A DNA stretch of 64,000 nt from an uncultured Verrucomicrobiota bacterium (GCA_903907925.1 CAIVQB010000143.1:7154-71153), one strand, 5' to 3'; numbered from the stretch's first letter, positions 1 through 9,803 are shown. A program made the numbers and translations. The notes: generated by a model not told the origin, from the letters alone.

Positions 1-1035
1 TACAAGATCGGCACGGCCACCAACAAATGGCTCACCGATCCGGGCATGACCTTCAGTTTTGTCACGCCACCCCCGGCGGGTCCGCCCCGGCCGGTTCGGA
101 TCTGGGCGTTGGGGGATCCCGGAACCGGGAACACCAATCAGATCGCGGTTCGGGACGGATTCTACCGGTGGGCGGGTGATCGTCCGCCGGACGTGTGGTT
201 GATGCTCGGCGACAACGCTTATGCAACCGGCACCGACAAGGAGTACGGCAAAGTCGTGTTCGACATGTACGCCGCCGAACACCGCAGGAATCCGCTCTGG
301 CCGACCCTTGGAAATCATGACGCGATGAGCGCCAATTCCGGGACCCAGTCCGGTGTCTATTACGACGTCTTCACCCTGCCAACCTTGGGGCAATCGGGCG
401 GTCTCCCGAGCGGCACCGAGGCCTACTATTCCTTCGACTTCGCCCACGTTCACTTCGTCTGTCTGGATTCCCAGGACACCGATCGAAGCACCGGCGGCCT
501 GATGGCCACCTGGCTCCGGGCCGATCTCGCCGCGACGGCGCGCGATTGGATCATCTGTTTCTTTCATCACCCGCCTTACAGCAAAGGGGTCCACGATTCC
601 GACAAACGCACCGACAGCGGCGGGCGTCTCGTGGAAATGCGGGAAAACATCCTACCGATCCTGGAACAGGGAGGCGTCGACCTCGTCCTGACCGGCCACA
701 GCCACGACTACGAGCGAACCTTCCTGCTCGACGGTCACTACGGATCGAGCACCAACCTTCAGCCCTCCATGATCCTCAACCACGGCGACGGCCGCCCGGA
801 TGGAAACGGTCCCTACGAGAAACCGTTGAGCACCGCCCCCCATGGCGGCGCGGTGTACGTGGTGACCGGAAGCGCTGGCCAGGCGAGCGGTGGAAAACTC
901 AATCATCCGGCGATGTATCTTTCGCTGAACAAACTCGGATCGGTGGCGGTGGATGTCGACGCCCACGATCTCAAAGTCACCTTCGTCGGGAGCCAGGGAC
1001 AGGTCCGCGATTATTTCACTCTGCGAAAGAAATAG
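1..1035 (+). CDS. Metallophosphoesterase, purple-acid-phosphatase-like (5' end outside window)
   Basis: The reading frame is open from base 1, with no stop before the ATG at 46. The five PAP/calcineurin signature blocks occur in order: GDPG, GDNAY, GNHD, FFHHPPYS, GHSHDYER. Confidence 0.8.
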   Translation, partial: YKIGTATNKWLTDPGMTFSFVTPPPAGPPRPVRIWALGDPGTGNTNQIAVRDGFYRWAGDRPPDVWLMLGDNAYATGTDKEYGKVVFDMYAAEHRRNPLWPTLGNHDAMSANSGTQSGVYYDVFTLPTLGQSGGLPSGTEAYYSFDFAHVHFVCLDSQDTDRSTGGLMATWLRADLAATARDWIICFFHHPPYSKGVHDSDKRTDSGGRLVEMRENILPILEQGGVDLVLTGHSHDYERTFLLDGHYGSSTNLQPSMILNHGDGRPDGNGPYEKPLSTAPHGGAVYVVTGSAGQASGGKLNHPAMYLSLNKLGSVAVDVDAHDLKVTFVGSQGQVRDYFTLRKK

Positions 1036-1055
1036 GGGGCCGGGATCCTTTCCCA

Positions 1056-2474
1056 ATGAAGCCCGGACCCCGCGCGGCGTGCCGTCATTTGACCCCTGAC
1101 CCGGCGCCTTCTAGCCTGACGACCTCTTTGAACGCGATCTCCGCATCGACCGCCGCCGCTCGTGCGCGATTCATCCGCGAGGCCCTTCCCGCGGGCGGAT
1201 TGTTCGCCGGCCAGACCTGGCGAACCTCACCCACTCCATTTCCGATCGGCACTGCTCTCGCCGCGGATCTCGAATCGCTGGGACGGGTGCTTCTCCAGTT
1301 TTATCGGGCGGTCAATCTGCTCTATCGCCGGAGCGTTGATGGCAAGTCACCCGAATGGATCGCGCACCTGCTGGACCAGGGAAAACCGGCCGACCTCATC
1401 GCCCTTCAACGTCATCCCACCTTCAAGTCCGACACCCCCCGGGTTATTCGTCCGGACATCCTTTTGACCGAAGGCGGTTATGCGATCAGCGAACTCGACT
1501 CGGTGCCCGGCGGTATTGGGCTGACCCAGTGGCTCAACCAAACGTACACCGCGGCGGCTGGGATCGATCCGAACGACACGCCCGGAGTCATCGGTGGAAC
1601 AGACGGAATGAAGCACGGTTTTGCCTCCCTGTTCGGCGATGCCGCGCAGGTGCACCTCGTGGTTTCCGAGGAATCCGCGGGCTATCGGCCGGAGATGGAT
1701 TGGCTGGCCGGTGAATTGGGGCGGGAGCGTTTCGTGGTCCGTGACACCGCTTTCACCGGATTCCAATCCGGCGATGCGGCGTATCGTTTCTTCGAGTTGT
1801 TCGATCTGCCCAACATTGCCAGTGCCACCGCCCTCTTCGCGCAGGCGGCCGAGCGCACCGTGCGGGTGACGCCGCCGCCCAAGCCCATCTTCGAGGAGAA
1901 GTTGCTGTTCGCCCTGCTTTGGAATCGAAACCTGCGATCGTTCTGGCGCCAGGAGTTGGGCGAGGCGTTTTTCAACCGCTTGTTGAAGGTCATTCCGCAA
2001 ACCTGGGTGCTCGATCCAACGCCGTTGCCACCCCAGGCCGCCTATCCCGGGCTCGACCTCACCGACTGGTCACAATTGAAGGCACTCAGCCAAAAGGAAC
2101 GGGATCTCATCCTCAAGGTCTCGGGGTTCAACGCGAACGCCTGGGGTGCCCGCGGAGTGCATCTCGGGAGCGATCTGAGCACCGCGGAATGGAGCGCCGC
2201 CGTGGACGCCGCCTTGGCCGCCTTCCCGCAGTCGCCGTACATCCTGCAGCGGTTCCATCGTCCGCGGGTGGTGGAGTCCACCTACCTTGATGCCGCCTCG
2301 GATCTACCGGTGGCGATGCCGGGACGGGTCCGGTTGTGTCCGTATTATTTCGTCAGCGGCGACGGCGATGCGGCGCGGCCGTCGTTGGGGGGTGTCCTCG
2401 CGACCGTGGTGCCGTCGGACAAGAAGATCGTACACGGAATGACCGACGCCATCCTGGCACCGTGCTCGGCGTGA
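1056..2474 (+). CDS. Conserved hypothetical protein, ~472 aa; weak ATP-grasp / glutathionylspermidine-synthase-like look
   Basis: This is the in-frame ATG at 1056 of the 546..2474 ORF, just after the upstream gene's stop; the part before 1056 overlaps the phosphoesterase CDS. High GC3 coding pattern. Motifs RPDILLTEGGYAISELDSVPGG and RVRLCPYYF recall ATP-grasp-type enzymes, but I cannot assign a family. The start could instead be the in-frame TTG near 1128. Confidence 0.55.
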   Translation: MKPGPRAACRHLTPDPAPSSLTTSLNAISASTAAARARFIREALPAGGLFAGQTWRTSPTPFPIGTALAADLESLGRVLLQFYRAVNLLYRRSVDGKSPEWIAHLLDQGKPADLIALQRHPTFKSDTPRVIRPDILLTEGGYAISELDSVPGGIGLTQWLNQTYTAAAGIDPNDTPGVIGGTDGMKHGFASLFGDAAQVHLVVSEESAGYRPEMDWLAGELGRERFVVRDTAFTGFQSGDAAYRFFELFDLPNIASATALFAQAAERTVRVTPPPKPIFEEKLLFALLWNRNLRSFWRQELGEAFFNRLLKVIPQTWVLDPTPLPPQAAYPGLDLTDWSQLKALSQKERDLILKVSGFNANAWGARGVHLGSDLSTAEWSAAVDAALAAFPQSPYILQRFHRPRVVESTYLDAASDLPVAMPGRVRLCPYYFVSGDGDAARPSLGGVLATVVPSDKKIVHGMTDAILAPCSA

Positions 2475-2586
2475 ACCGAAACGACTCGAAACAGGGAAGC
2501 GGACACGGATTCACGGATTTTTATAGAGAGGATCGGCTTCGACTCACTCCGTTCCATTCTGTCTACATCCGTTTTCAATTGTTCAC

Positions 2587-5196
2587 TCAGGGCCAGAGCA
2601 GGCCGGGATACTTCGTTTTGATGGCGGCGCGGAGTTTGGGGTAGGCGGTTGCCTTCCATGCGGGGAAATCGGTGGTTCCGTCGATGCGTTTGCCGTCGGG
2701 TGACATCAGCCATAGTCGCACCGGAACGTGTCCCTCCGCCAGTCGCGGATGCTCCTTCATCGCCCAGCCCTCGCTGAGTTTGATCTGTACCGACGGCACC
2801 GGAAGCTCGTCTTCATCTTCCGCCGTCTCGACGTAAGACAGTTTGAGCGGACGCCCTTCTGGACCCGGGATCGACAGCGGCAGCAACTCGTCCAGCCACC
2901 CAAGTTGTTCGGGCGCCAGATGCCGGCGGAAATGCGGCCGAAGTTCGGCGGCCTGCGCCTCCTTCACCAATGTCAGTCCTTCAAACGCCGAGGCCAGCGC
3001 ACGGAGCAACGCGGTTCCGTCGAATGCGGGGAACTCCAACTCCGGCCTCGCCTGGACCAGGAGTTTGACGCGGGCGATGAACTGCTTGAGTTCGTGATCC
3101 AGCTTGGGCAGATCGAACCAGCCGCGGCTGAAGGCGTCCGCCAGAATCCGTCCCGAGGCTGCCGGATCGACGTCGCGCTGATGTTCCTGCCCGATGATCA
3201 ATCCCAGGCACCGGATCTGCCGGATGGCGGCAACGCGTTTGTGAGTCCGGTCAAAGACATGATCGAGCGTGGTGGTGACATGCTGGGGAAACATCTCGGC
3301 GATCCACTCACGCTTCACCGCCGTCGCCATGGCCAGCAACGTCATCCGCCCGGCACGACCGTCCACTTCCCGCAGCGAGGCGACGACCAACAACGGCGCG
3401 TCGACCACGCTTTCACGCACCAGGGTTCCGGTACGGCCTTCGGTGAGCAGGCATTCCAGCGAACCGGTGTCGCGCCGGACCGCCAGTTGATCAATAAATC
3501 CCGCCAGAAGACAGCGCGCCAACGCATCGTCGGAGGGTTCCTCGCCCGCCTCGTCGAGTCCTTCCCGTCCGGCGATCTCGATCACCTGCCGGAAGGTGTC
3601 TTCGATCTGCCGCGCCGTCTGACCGTGAACGCCGCGCCGCCGGCATTGGCCCGGATCAAACCGGCTGTTGCGGGCAAACTGTTGCGCCCGCATGAGGGTG
3701 TGGAAATCGCTCCCGGAACTGCCTTCGAACAATTCGCGGGCCTCCTTGAGATGGGCGTCATCCCGGCCCGGTCGCATCAGCAAATCGCGCCCGCTGACCA
3801 ACGCCGCGCATTGAGCCGCCGCGGGAACACATCCACGCCGGGCCGCTTCCACCAGCATCCGTGAAAACCGTGGATGCATCGGGAGCCGCAACATCTTCCG
3901 CCCGATCGCCGTCAGTTCGCCGCCCGCATCCCCCGCCGGCACCAGCGCGCCAAGGACGGTCAACAACCGCTCCGCCCGTTCCACCGCCTCGACATCCGGA
4001 CGATCCAGCCAGTCAAAGGTTGCCGCCCGCCGGATCCCGAGCGAATGCAACAACAACACCACTTCGGCCAAGTCCGCCCGTTGGATCTCCGGAGTATTCT
4101 TCGCCGGGCGATTCAAATGACTGCTTTCCGTCCACAGACGCCAACAGGTTCCCGGTGCCGTCCGTCCAGCCCTTCCCGCCCGTTGATCCGCACTCGCCCG
4201 GCTGATTTCCTCGACGGTCAACGTCTGGATTCCCCGCTCGGCATCGTAGCGGGCCACCCGGGCCAGTCCCGAATCCACCACGTGACAGATCCCATCGATC
4301 GTCACGCTGGTCTCGGCAACATTGGTGGCCACCACGATCTTCCGACGGTCGGACGGTTGAAAGGCGCGGTCCTGATCTTCCGGAGACAGATCACCGTGCA
4401 ACGGCAGAAACAGGCAGCGTTCGCCCAACGCGGCCGATTGCAGGGCATTGATCGTGGATTGGATTTCTCCCATGCCCGGCATGAACACCAGGATGTCCCC
4501 CGGATCCCCGTTGGCCACGATACGTTCCACGGCGTCGGCGGCCTGTTCCGACGGCGGGCGTTGATCGCCATACTCCGCCCACCGATGCGCCACCGGAAAA
4601 ACCCGTCCATCGGACACCAGCACCGGAGCCGCGGGCCGTTGCGCGTCGGCCGTGACGACTTCGATGCGTTCACCGGACGCGCAGAGATACTCCGCCACCG
4701 GTCCGGCATCCAATGTGGCCGACATCACCACGATCTTGAGATCTGGACGACGGGTTCGTTGAAGATCCTTCACCACCGCCAGCGCCACATCGCTGAGCAG
4801 GTTTCGTTCGTGGAATTCGTCGAACAGAAGGATCCCGATATCGCTCAGTTCGCGGTCATCCTGGAGCCAGCGCAGGAGAATGCCCTCGGTGACAAAACAC
4901 AGGCGGGAGGCGTCGGACAGGCGGTCATCGAACCGGACCTGATAGCCGACCTCGCCTCCAGGGACTCCGTTGCGCTCCCAGGCGACGCGCGTGGCGACGG
5001 TGCGCGCAGCGACCCGTCGGGGCTGGAGGATGACGATTCGTTTTGAACCGGCCAGACCGGCATCCAGGAGCATCTGCGGAACCTGGGTGGTCTTGCCCGA
5101 GCCGGTGGCGGCGACCAGGACCAGTTGGTTGCCATCGGTCAACGCGCGCAGAATGGAATCCTGCAACTGCCAGACCGGAAGAGCGGTATTCGGCAT
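2587..5196 (-). CDS. hrpB: ATP-dependent RNA helicase HrpB (DEAH-box)
   Basis: 869 aa. Helicase motifs ATGSGKTTQVP, DEFHERN, SATL, TNVAETSVTIDG and QRAGRAGR, followed by a long HrpB-type C-terminal region. Confidence 0.9.
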   Translation of the reverse strand: MPNTALPVWQLQDSILRALTDGNQLVLVAATGSGKTTQVPQMLLDAGLAGSKRIVILQPRRVAARTVATRVAWERNGVPGGEVGYQVRFDDRLSDASRLCFVTEGILLRWLQDDRELSDIGILLFDEFHERNLLSDVALAVVKDLQRTRRPDLKIVVMSATLDAGPVAEYLCASGERIEVVTADAQRPAAPVLVSDGRVFPVAHRWAEYGDQRPPSEQAADAVERIVANGDPGDILVFMPGMGEIQSTINALQSAALGERCLFLPLHGDLSPEDQDRAFQPSDRRKIVVATNVAETSVTIDGICHVVDSGLARVARYDAERGIQTLTVEEISRASADQRAGRAGRTAPGTCWRLWTESSHLNRPAKNTPEIQRADLAEVVLLLHSLGIRRAATFDWLDRPDVEAVERAERLLTVLGALVPAGDAGGELTAIGRKMLRLPMHPRFSRMLVEAARRGCVPAAAQCAALVSGRDLLMRPGRDDAHLKEARELFEGSSGSDFHTLMRAQQFARNSRFDPGQCRRRGVHGQTARQIEDTFRQVIEIAGREGLDEAGEEPSDDALARCLLAGFIDQLAVRRDTGSLECLLTEGRTGTLVRESVVDAPLLVVASLREVDGRAGRMTLLAMATAVKREWIAEMFPQHVTTTLDHVFDRTHKRVAAIRQIRCLGLIIGQEHQRDVDPAASGRILADAFSRGWFDLPKLDHELKQFIARVKLLVQARPELEFPAFDGTALLRALASAFEGLTLVKEAQAAELRPHFRRHLAPEQLGWLDELLPLSIPGPEGRPLKLSYVETAEDEDELPVPSVQIKLSEGWAMKEHPRLAEGHVPVRLWLMSPDGKRIDGTTDFPAWKATAYPKLRAAIKTKYPGLLWP

Positions 5197-5266
5197 GGGA
5201 ATGCGCGGTCAATCCTGGAGGGTCGGCCACCCAGGGAATCAAATCCCGAGGACCAGCGGAAACAGT

Positions 5267-5563
5267 TCAGGGGCGGGTCGAGAAGAACACCACCAACCCA
5301 ACCGCGAGGGATGCCACCGCCAGCAACCCGCCGGGCATGAACTTTTTCTTCCGGACAAATCGCATCGCGAAATACACGAAATGGATCGCCAGGAACGCCA
5401 GGGCCAGGTTGACGGGGCCTCCGAGGACCACGGTTAGAATCAGGGGGATCGCGAACAGGATCGAGGCGATGAGCGACGCCTTGCTCCCCGCCTTGAGAAA
5501 CCCGATCAGACCACCCACCAGGAGCAGCGCGAGATAAACCCAGATCCACGTATGCCAATTCAT
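5267..5563 (-). CDS. Small integral membrane protein, TMEM14/UPF0136-like
   Basis: Internal ATG (reverse complement at 5561-5563) of the 5267..5785 ORF gives 98 aa, almost entirely hydrophobic helices (MNWHTWIWVYLALLLVGGLIGFLKAG...). The longer ORF version would run across the divergent ppx promoter region. Confidence 0.6.
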   Translation of the reverse strand: MNWHTWIWVYLALLLVGGLIGFLKAGSKASLIASILFAIPLILTVVLGGPVNLALAFLAIHFVYFAMRFVRKKKFMPGGLLAVASLAVGLVVFFSTRP

Positions 5564-5680
5564 GAGAGCCCCAGCATAACGTATCTGTACGCCTCCGGCC
5601 ACCAACTTTCCCCCACGCCAGTGACGAGAGCCGAAACAGTCTTCCCCCCCATCGGATTCTACCGTCCAATCGGCGGACAC

Positions 5681-6607
5681 ATGCCGCTCCGCGCCATCAT
5701 CGATGTGGGCACCAATTCCGTGAAGATCCTGCTCGCGGAAGCCAACGGGCGGGAAGTGGTCCCCGTTTGGGAGAAGAGTGAACAAACCCGGCTGGGCCGC
5801 GGTTTTTACAATACACGGCGGCTCCAGCCGGCTGCGATTGAGGCCACCGCCGACGCGGTCGCCCGGTTCGCTGATCTCGCACGGAACTCAGGCGCGGTCT
5901 CCGTCCGCGTCGTGGCCACCTCCGCCGCCCGCGATGCGTTGAACGCGGATGCATTACTTGGCGCGATCCGATCCGCCGCCCAACTCGAAACCGAAGTCAT
6001 TTCTGGTGACACCGAAGCGGAATGGGCCTTCGCCGGAGTGGCTTCGACGCCCGGTTGGTCCCGCGAACGCATCCTGGTTCTCGATGTCGGCGGCGGCAGC
6101 ACGGAATTCATTCTCGGAACCGGCGGCCACGCTGAATTCCGCGCCAGCGTCGCGCTCGGCAGTGTCCGCTGGCTCGAACGGATCCAGCCCGGCGATGCCC
6201 CCGACGCCGCGGCTCTCGATGCCTGCCGGGCGGATCTGGCAGCCTTTCTCGAACGCGAAGTCGCCCCGTCGCTCAGTGCTGCGCTCCGTGCCGGGCCCCC
6301 ACCCGATCGCACCGTCGGCGTGGGCGGCAGCACCGCGCTGCTGGCCCTCATCCATCGCGGTCACCGTGACTTCGATCGGGACCTCATCGAATCAACCTGC
6401 TTCAGCCCCGACGACCTTTCCAGATTGGTCACCCGCCTGTGGTCGTTGCCACTCGATCAACGGCGTCAATTGCCCGGCCTCCCGCCCGAACGCGCCGACG
6501 TGATCCTGACCGGCGCAGCCATCTACGAAGCCGTGATCCGGACATTCCAACTCCCCGGCCTCGGCGTCAGCCTGCGCGGCCTCCGATTTGCGGCGTTGTT
6601 CTGTTGA
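5681..6607 (+). CDS. Ppx/GppA family phosphatase, short form (ASKHA ATPase-fold domains only)
   Basis: ATG at 5681 gives MPLRAIIDVGTNSVKILLAE, the typical Ppx/GppA N-terminus. 308 aa, with DVGGGSTEF and GVGGSTALL phosphate-binding loops. It has no HD domain. Confidence 0.85.
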   Translation: MPLRAIIDVGTNSVKILLAEANGREVVPVWEKSEQTRLGRGFYNTRRLQPAAIEATADAVARFADLARNSGAVSVRVVATSAARDALNADALLGAIRSAAQLETEVISGDTEAEWAFAGVASTPGWSRERILVLDVGGGSTEFILGTGGHAEFRASVALGSVRWLERIQPGDAPDAAALDACRADLAAFLEREVAPSLSAALRAGPPPDRTVGVGGSTALLALIHRGHRDFDRDLIESTCFSPDDLSRLVTRLWSLPLDQRRQLPGLPPERADVILTGAAIYEAVIRTFQLPGLGVSLRGLRFAALFC

Positions 6608-6625
6608 AGGAGGAAATGGACCGAA

Positions 6626-7153
6626 ATGAACGTTCTGGCGCTGTTCCTGACTCTCTTTTTGACGGTGCCGGTATTCGGAGCCGGGTTTCAGTTTCCTTCC
6701 CCTCGCTCCAGTCAGTCACCGGATGGAAGATGGAAATTGAGCTGCGAAACCTCCGAGGCTCAACCTGACGGTTTGCGGCATTCGATCGTGTTGACCGACA
6801 GCCACGGTGGAGTTTTCAAACTCTTAAGGTTTGGTCGCCATTGTGACGTACTTTGGTCTCGGGATAGTTCTCGGATCGCGCTGACCGATTGGTCAGGGAG
6901 CGACATTTCGGACATTCTGATTTGCTCGGCTACCAACTCGGTAGCGCTCACGTCACTCAGAGATCTTTGCGTCCGGTCAAGAACGTCCATTTCCTCGAAA
7001 GAGCTCAGCGGACATTCCTATTTTGAAGCCAGTAAGTGGCTAAACGGGCATCGCCTTCGGTTCAAGGTGTCTGGACATACAAATGAAAAGGTGTCTCGCA
7101 GTTTCAAACATCAATACGTATTCGATGCCGCACGAGGTTTGCTTGAGAATTGA
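6626..7153 (+). CDS. Hypothetical secreted protein (low-GC ORFan)
   Basis: 175 aa with an N-terminal signal-like segment MNVLALFLTLFLTVPVFGAG. Hand counts of sample lines give ~50% GC against clearly higher flanks. No motif I recognise. Confidence 0.6.
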   Translation: MNVLALFLTLFLTVPVFGAGFQFPSPRSSQSPDGRWKLSCETSEAQPDGLRHSIVLTDSHGGVFKLLRFGRHCDVLWSRDSSRIALTDWSGSDISDILICSATNSVALTSLRDLCVRSRTSISSKELSGHSYFEASKWLNGHRLRFKVSGHTNEKVSRSFKHQYVFDAARGLLEN

Positions 7154-7230
7154 GGAGCGAAGTAAGCCATTTCAACCGCCCGCCCCCGCAATTCGCTTGA
7201 AGCCGCATCGGTTGCGGAGATCAATCGGGG

Positions 7231-8580
7231 ATGTCGATTCCGAACGGTCTGCCTCGTCCCCGATTGGGATTCGGATTCCTGCTCATCCTGCTCGTCGCCT
7301 CCACGGTCCTGACCGCAGCCGCCCAGGAGAAACCCATCGCCTTCGTCGGCGGTCGCATCCTCCCCATCGCCGGTGACCCGATCGAGGATGGCGTCCTTCT
7401 GGTGCAGGGCGGGAAGATCCAGGCGGTCGGACCCAAAGCCTCGGTCACGCTGCCCGCTGACGCCGAACGTCGCGATGTGACGGGCAAGGTTCTGATGCCC
7501 GGATTGATCGACACCCATTCTCATATCGGAATCTACGGATCGGGCGTCAACGAACGTTCGGGACCCATCAATCCCGAGATGCGCGCCCTGGACGGTGTCG
7601 ACATCCGGGATCCGAGCCTCCAGCGCGCCCGCGCCGGCGGGATCACCACGGTCAACATTATGCCCGGTTCAGGCACCTTGATCGGGGGTCAGACCATCTA
7701 TCTCAAACTGCGCCAGGGGCGAACCATCGAGGATCTCACGATGCAGACCCGATCCAACCGCATCGCCGGCGGACTCAAGATGGCGAACGGCACCAATCCC
7801 CAGGGTGATCCCCCCTTCCCCGGCACCCGCGGCAAGGCGGCGGCCCTGGTGCGCGAACGCTACGTCGCGGCGCAAGTCTATCGGGACAAGATCGCCCGGG
7901 CCAAAGGCGATGCCGACAAGCTCCCTCCCCGCGACCTCGGCCTGGAATCACTGGGTGAGGTGTTGAGCGGTGACCGGGTGGTTCACCACCACACCCACCG
8001 CGCCGACGACATCATGACCGTCCTGCGACTGAAGCAGGAATTCGGATTCCGCCTCATTTTGCAGCACGTCAGCGAAGGCTACAAGGTGGCCGCTGAAATC
8101 GCCGCGGCCGGCGTTCCCTGCTCGGTGATCGTCATCGATAGCCCGGGCGGGAAGCTGGAGGCCCGCGACATGGATTGGAAGACCGCGGGAGTCCTCGAAC
8201 GCGCCGGGATTCTGGTGGGATTCCACACCGACGATCCGGTGACCGATTCCCGATTGTTCATGCGATCCGCCGCCCTCGCCGTCCGGGCTGGAATGACTCG
8301 AACTGGTGCGCTGAAGGCCCTCACCCAGGCAGGTGCCAGGATGTTGGATCTGGAAGAACGGACCGGAACGCTGGCAGCGGGCAAGGACGCCGATTTCCTC
8401 ATTCTCTCCGGCGATCCGCTGAGCGTTTACACGCATGTGGAGCAAACCTGGGTGGAAGGCGCCAAGGTGTTTGACCGGACTGATCCCAAGGACGCGGTGA
8501 TTGCCGAGGGCGGATACGGTGCCGGCAATCCCCGGGCCGCAAACCTCTGCTGCTTCGGAAACCACGGCGGTGACCAATGA
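7231..8580 (+). CDS. Secreted amidohydrolase-superfamily metallo-hydrolase
   Basis: 449 aa. Signal-like N-terminus LLILLVASTVLTAAAQ, and the amidohydrolase strand-1 motif PGLIDTHSHIG (HxH intact). Confidence 0.85.
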   Translation: MSIPNGLPRPRLGFGFLLILLVASTVLTAAAQEKPIAFVGGRILPIAGDPIEDGVLLVQGGKIQAVGPKASVTLPADAERRDVTGKVLMPGLIDTHSHIGIYGSGVNERSGPINPEMRALDGVDIRDPSLQRARAGGITTVNIMPGSGTLIGGQTIYLKLRQGRTIEDLTMQTRSNRIAGGLKMANGTNPQGDPPFPGTRGKAAALVRERYVAAQVYRDKIARAKGDADKLPPRDLGLESLGEVLSGDRVVHHHTHRADDIMTVLRLKQEFGFRLILQHVSEGYKVAAEIAAAGVPCSVIVIDSPGGKLEARDMDWKTAGVLERAGILVGFHTDDPVTDSRLFMRSAALAVRAGMTRTGALKALTQAGARMLDLEERTGTLAAGKDADFLILSGDPLSVYTHVEQTWVEGAKVFDRTDPKDAVIAEGGYGAGNPRAANLCCFGNHGGDQ

Positions 8581-9803
8581 ATCTTTTCGCTCGAATCCTG
8601 TTCGTGGTGGCGGGCCTCTGGATCGCTTCGATCGCTCCGTTGCAGGCCCAACTGGCCGTGCGCGGCGGCACCGTCTACACGTTGGACGGTGCGCCATTGA
8701 AGGACGGCGTGGTCCTCATCAAGGACGGCCGGATCGAGGCCGTGGGGCCTGCGGCCAGCACGCCCGTACCCGCCGGCTATCGGGTCCTGGAGGCCAAGGT
8801 GGTCACACCGGGGTTGATCGACGCGCATTCGACCGTCGGCGTTTCCGGAGTGCTGAACCAGAAGCAGGACCAGGATCAACTCGACAAGAGCGGCCCGATG
8901 CAGCCCGAACTGCGGGCAGTGGACAGCTACAACTCTCTCGATCCGCTGGTCGAGTACGTTCGGAATCTCGGCGTCACCACGCTTCATACCGGTCACGGTC
9001 CGGGTTCCCTGATTTCAGGACAAACCTCGATCCTGAAAACAGCGCCGCAGAATCTGGAGAAATCCTTGCTCGTCGCCGAGGCCGCGTTCGCCTGCAACGT
9101 CGGCCCTGAGGCCTTGAGCGCTGCCAAGGACAAGGCACCTGGTTCGATCGCCAAATCGATCGCCATGCTCCGCGCTGAATTCCTCAAGGCCGATGAGTAC
9201 CAGCAGAAGCTTAAGAAAACCGACGTCGAGAAACGACCGAGTCGCGATCTACACCTGGAGGCGATGGTCCGGGCGCTGACGGGAAAGCAACCGATGTTGT
9301 TCACCGTCCAGCGACATCAGGACATCCTCGCGGTACTCCGATTCGCCCGGGAATTCAAACTGAAGGTGATCCTCGACGGTGTCGCCGACGCGCCCCTGGT
9401 GCTGGACGAAATCAAGGCGAGCGGATTCCCGGTCATTCTCCATCCGACGATGGCCCGTCCGTCGGCGGAGATGGAAAATGCGAGCATGCGGACGGCTTCG
9501 AAGTTGCAGGCGGCCGGAATCCTGTTCGCGTTGCAGAGCGGCTTTGAATCCTACGTGCCGAAGACGCGGATCGTCCTGTTTGAGGCGGCGATTGCCGCGG
9601 CCAACGGGCTGACCTTTGAGCAGGCCCTGGCCTCAATCACCCTCAATGCGGCCAAGGTCCTCGGCGTCAGCGATCGCATCGGCTCGCTTCAAACCGGGAA
9701 GGATGCGGACCTCGCGTTGTTCGACGGCGACCCGTTTGAATACACCACGCACTGCGTCGGAACCGTGGTTTCCGGGACGGTGGTGAACGAATCGGTGAAA
9801 TAG
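8577..9803 (+). CDS. Secreted amidohydrolase-family paralog with degenerate HxH motif
   Basis: 408 aa, ATGA overlap with the upstream gene, signal-like N-terminus. The homologous motif reads PGLIDAHSTVG, so the second His is replaced by Thr. Confidence 0.8.
   Translation: MNLFARILFVVAGLWIASIAPLQAQLAVRGGTVYTLDGAPLKDGVVLIKDGRIEAVGPAASTPVPAGYRVLEAKVVTPGLIDAHSTVGVSGVLNQKQDQDQLDKSGPMQPELRAVDSYNSLDPLVEYVRNLGVTTLHTGHGPGSLISGQTSILKTAPQNLEKSLLVAEAAFACNVGPEALSAAKDKAPGSIAKSIAMLRAEFLKADEYQQKLKKTDVEKRPSRDLHLEAMVRALTGKQPMLFTVQRHQDILAVLRFAREFKLKVILDGVADAPLVLDEIKASGFPVILHPTMARPSAEMENASMRTASKLQAAGILFALQSGFESYVPKTRIVLFEAAIAAANGLTFEQALASITLNAAKVLGVSDRIGSLQTGKDADLALFDGDPFEYTTHCVGTVVSGTVVNESVK

Noticed and set aside
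546-1055. N-terminal 170 codons of the 642-aa ORF 546..2474
   Set aside because: This part overlaps the phosphoesterase CDS in another frame and is Arg/Pro-rich. The in-frame ATG at 1056, right after the upstream stop, is the sensible start.
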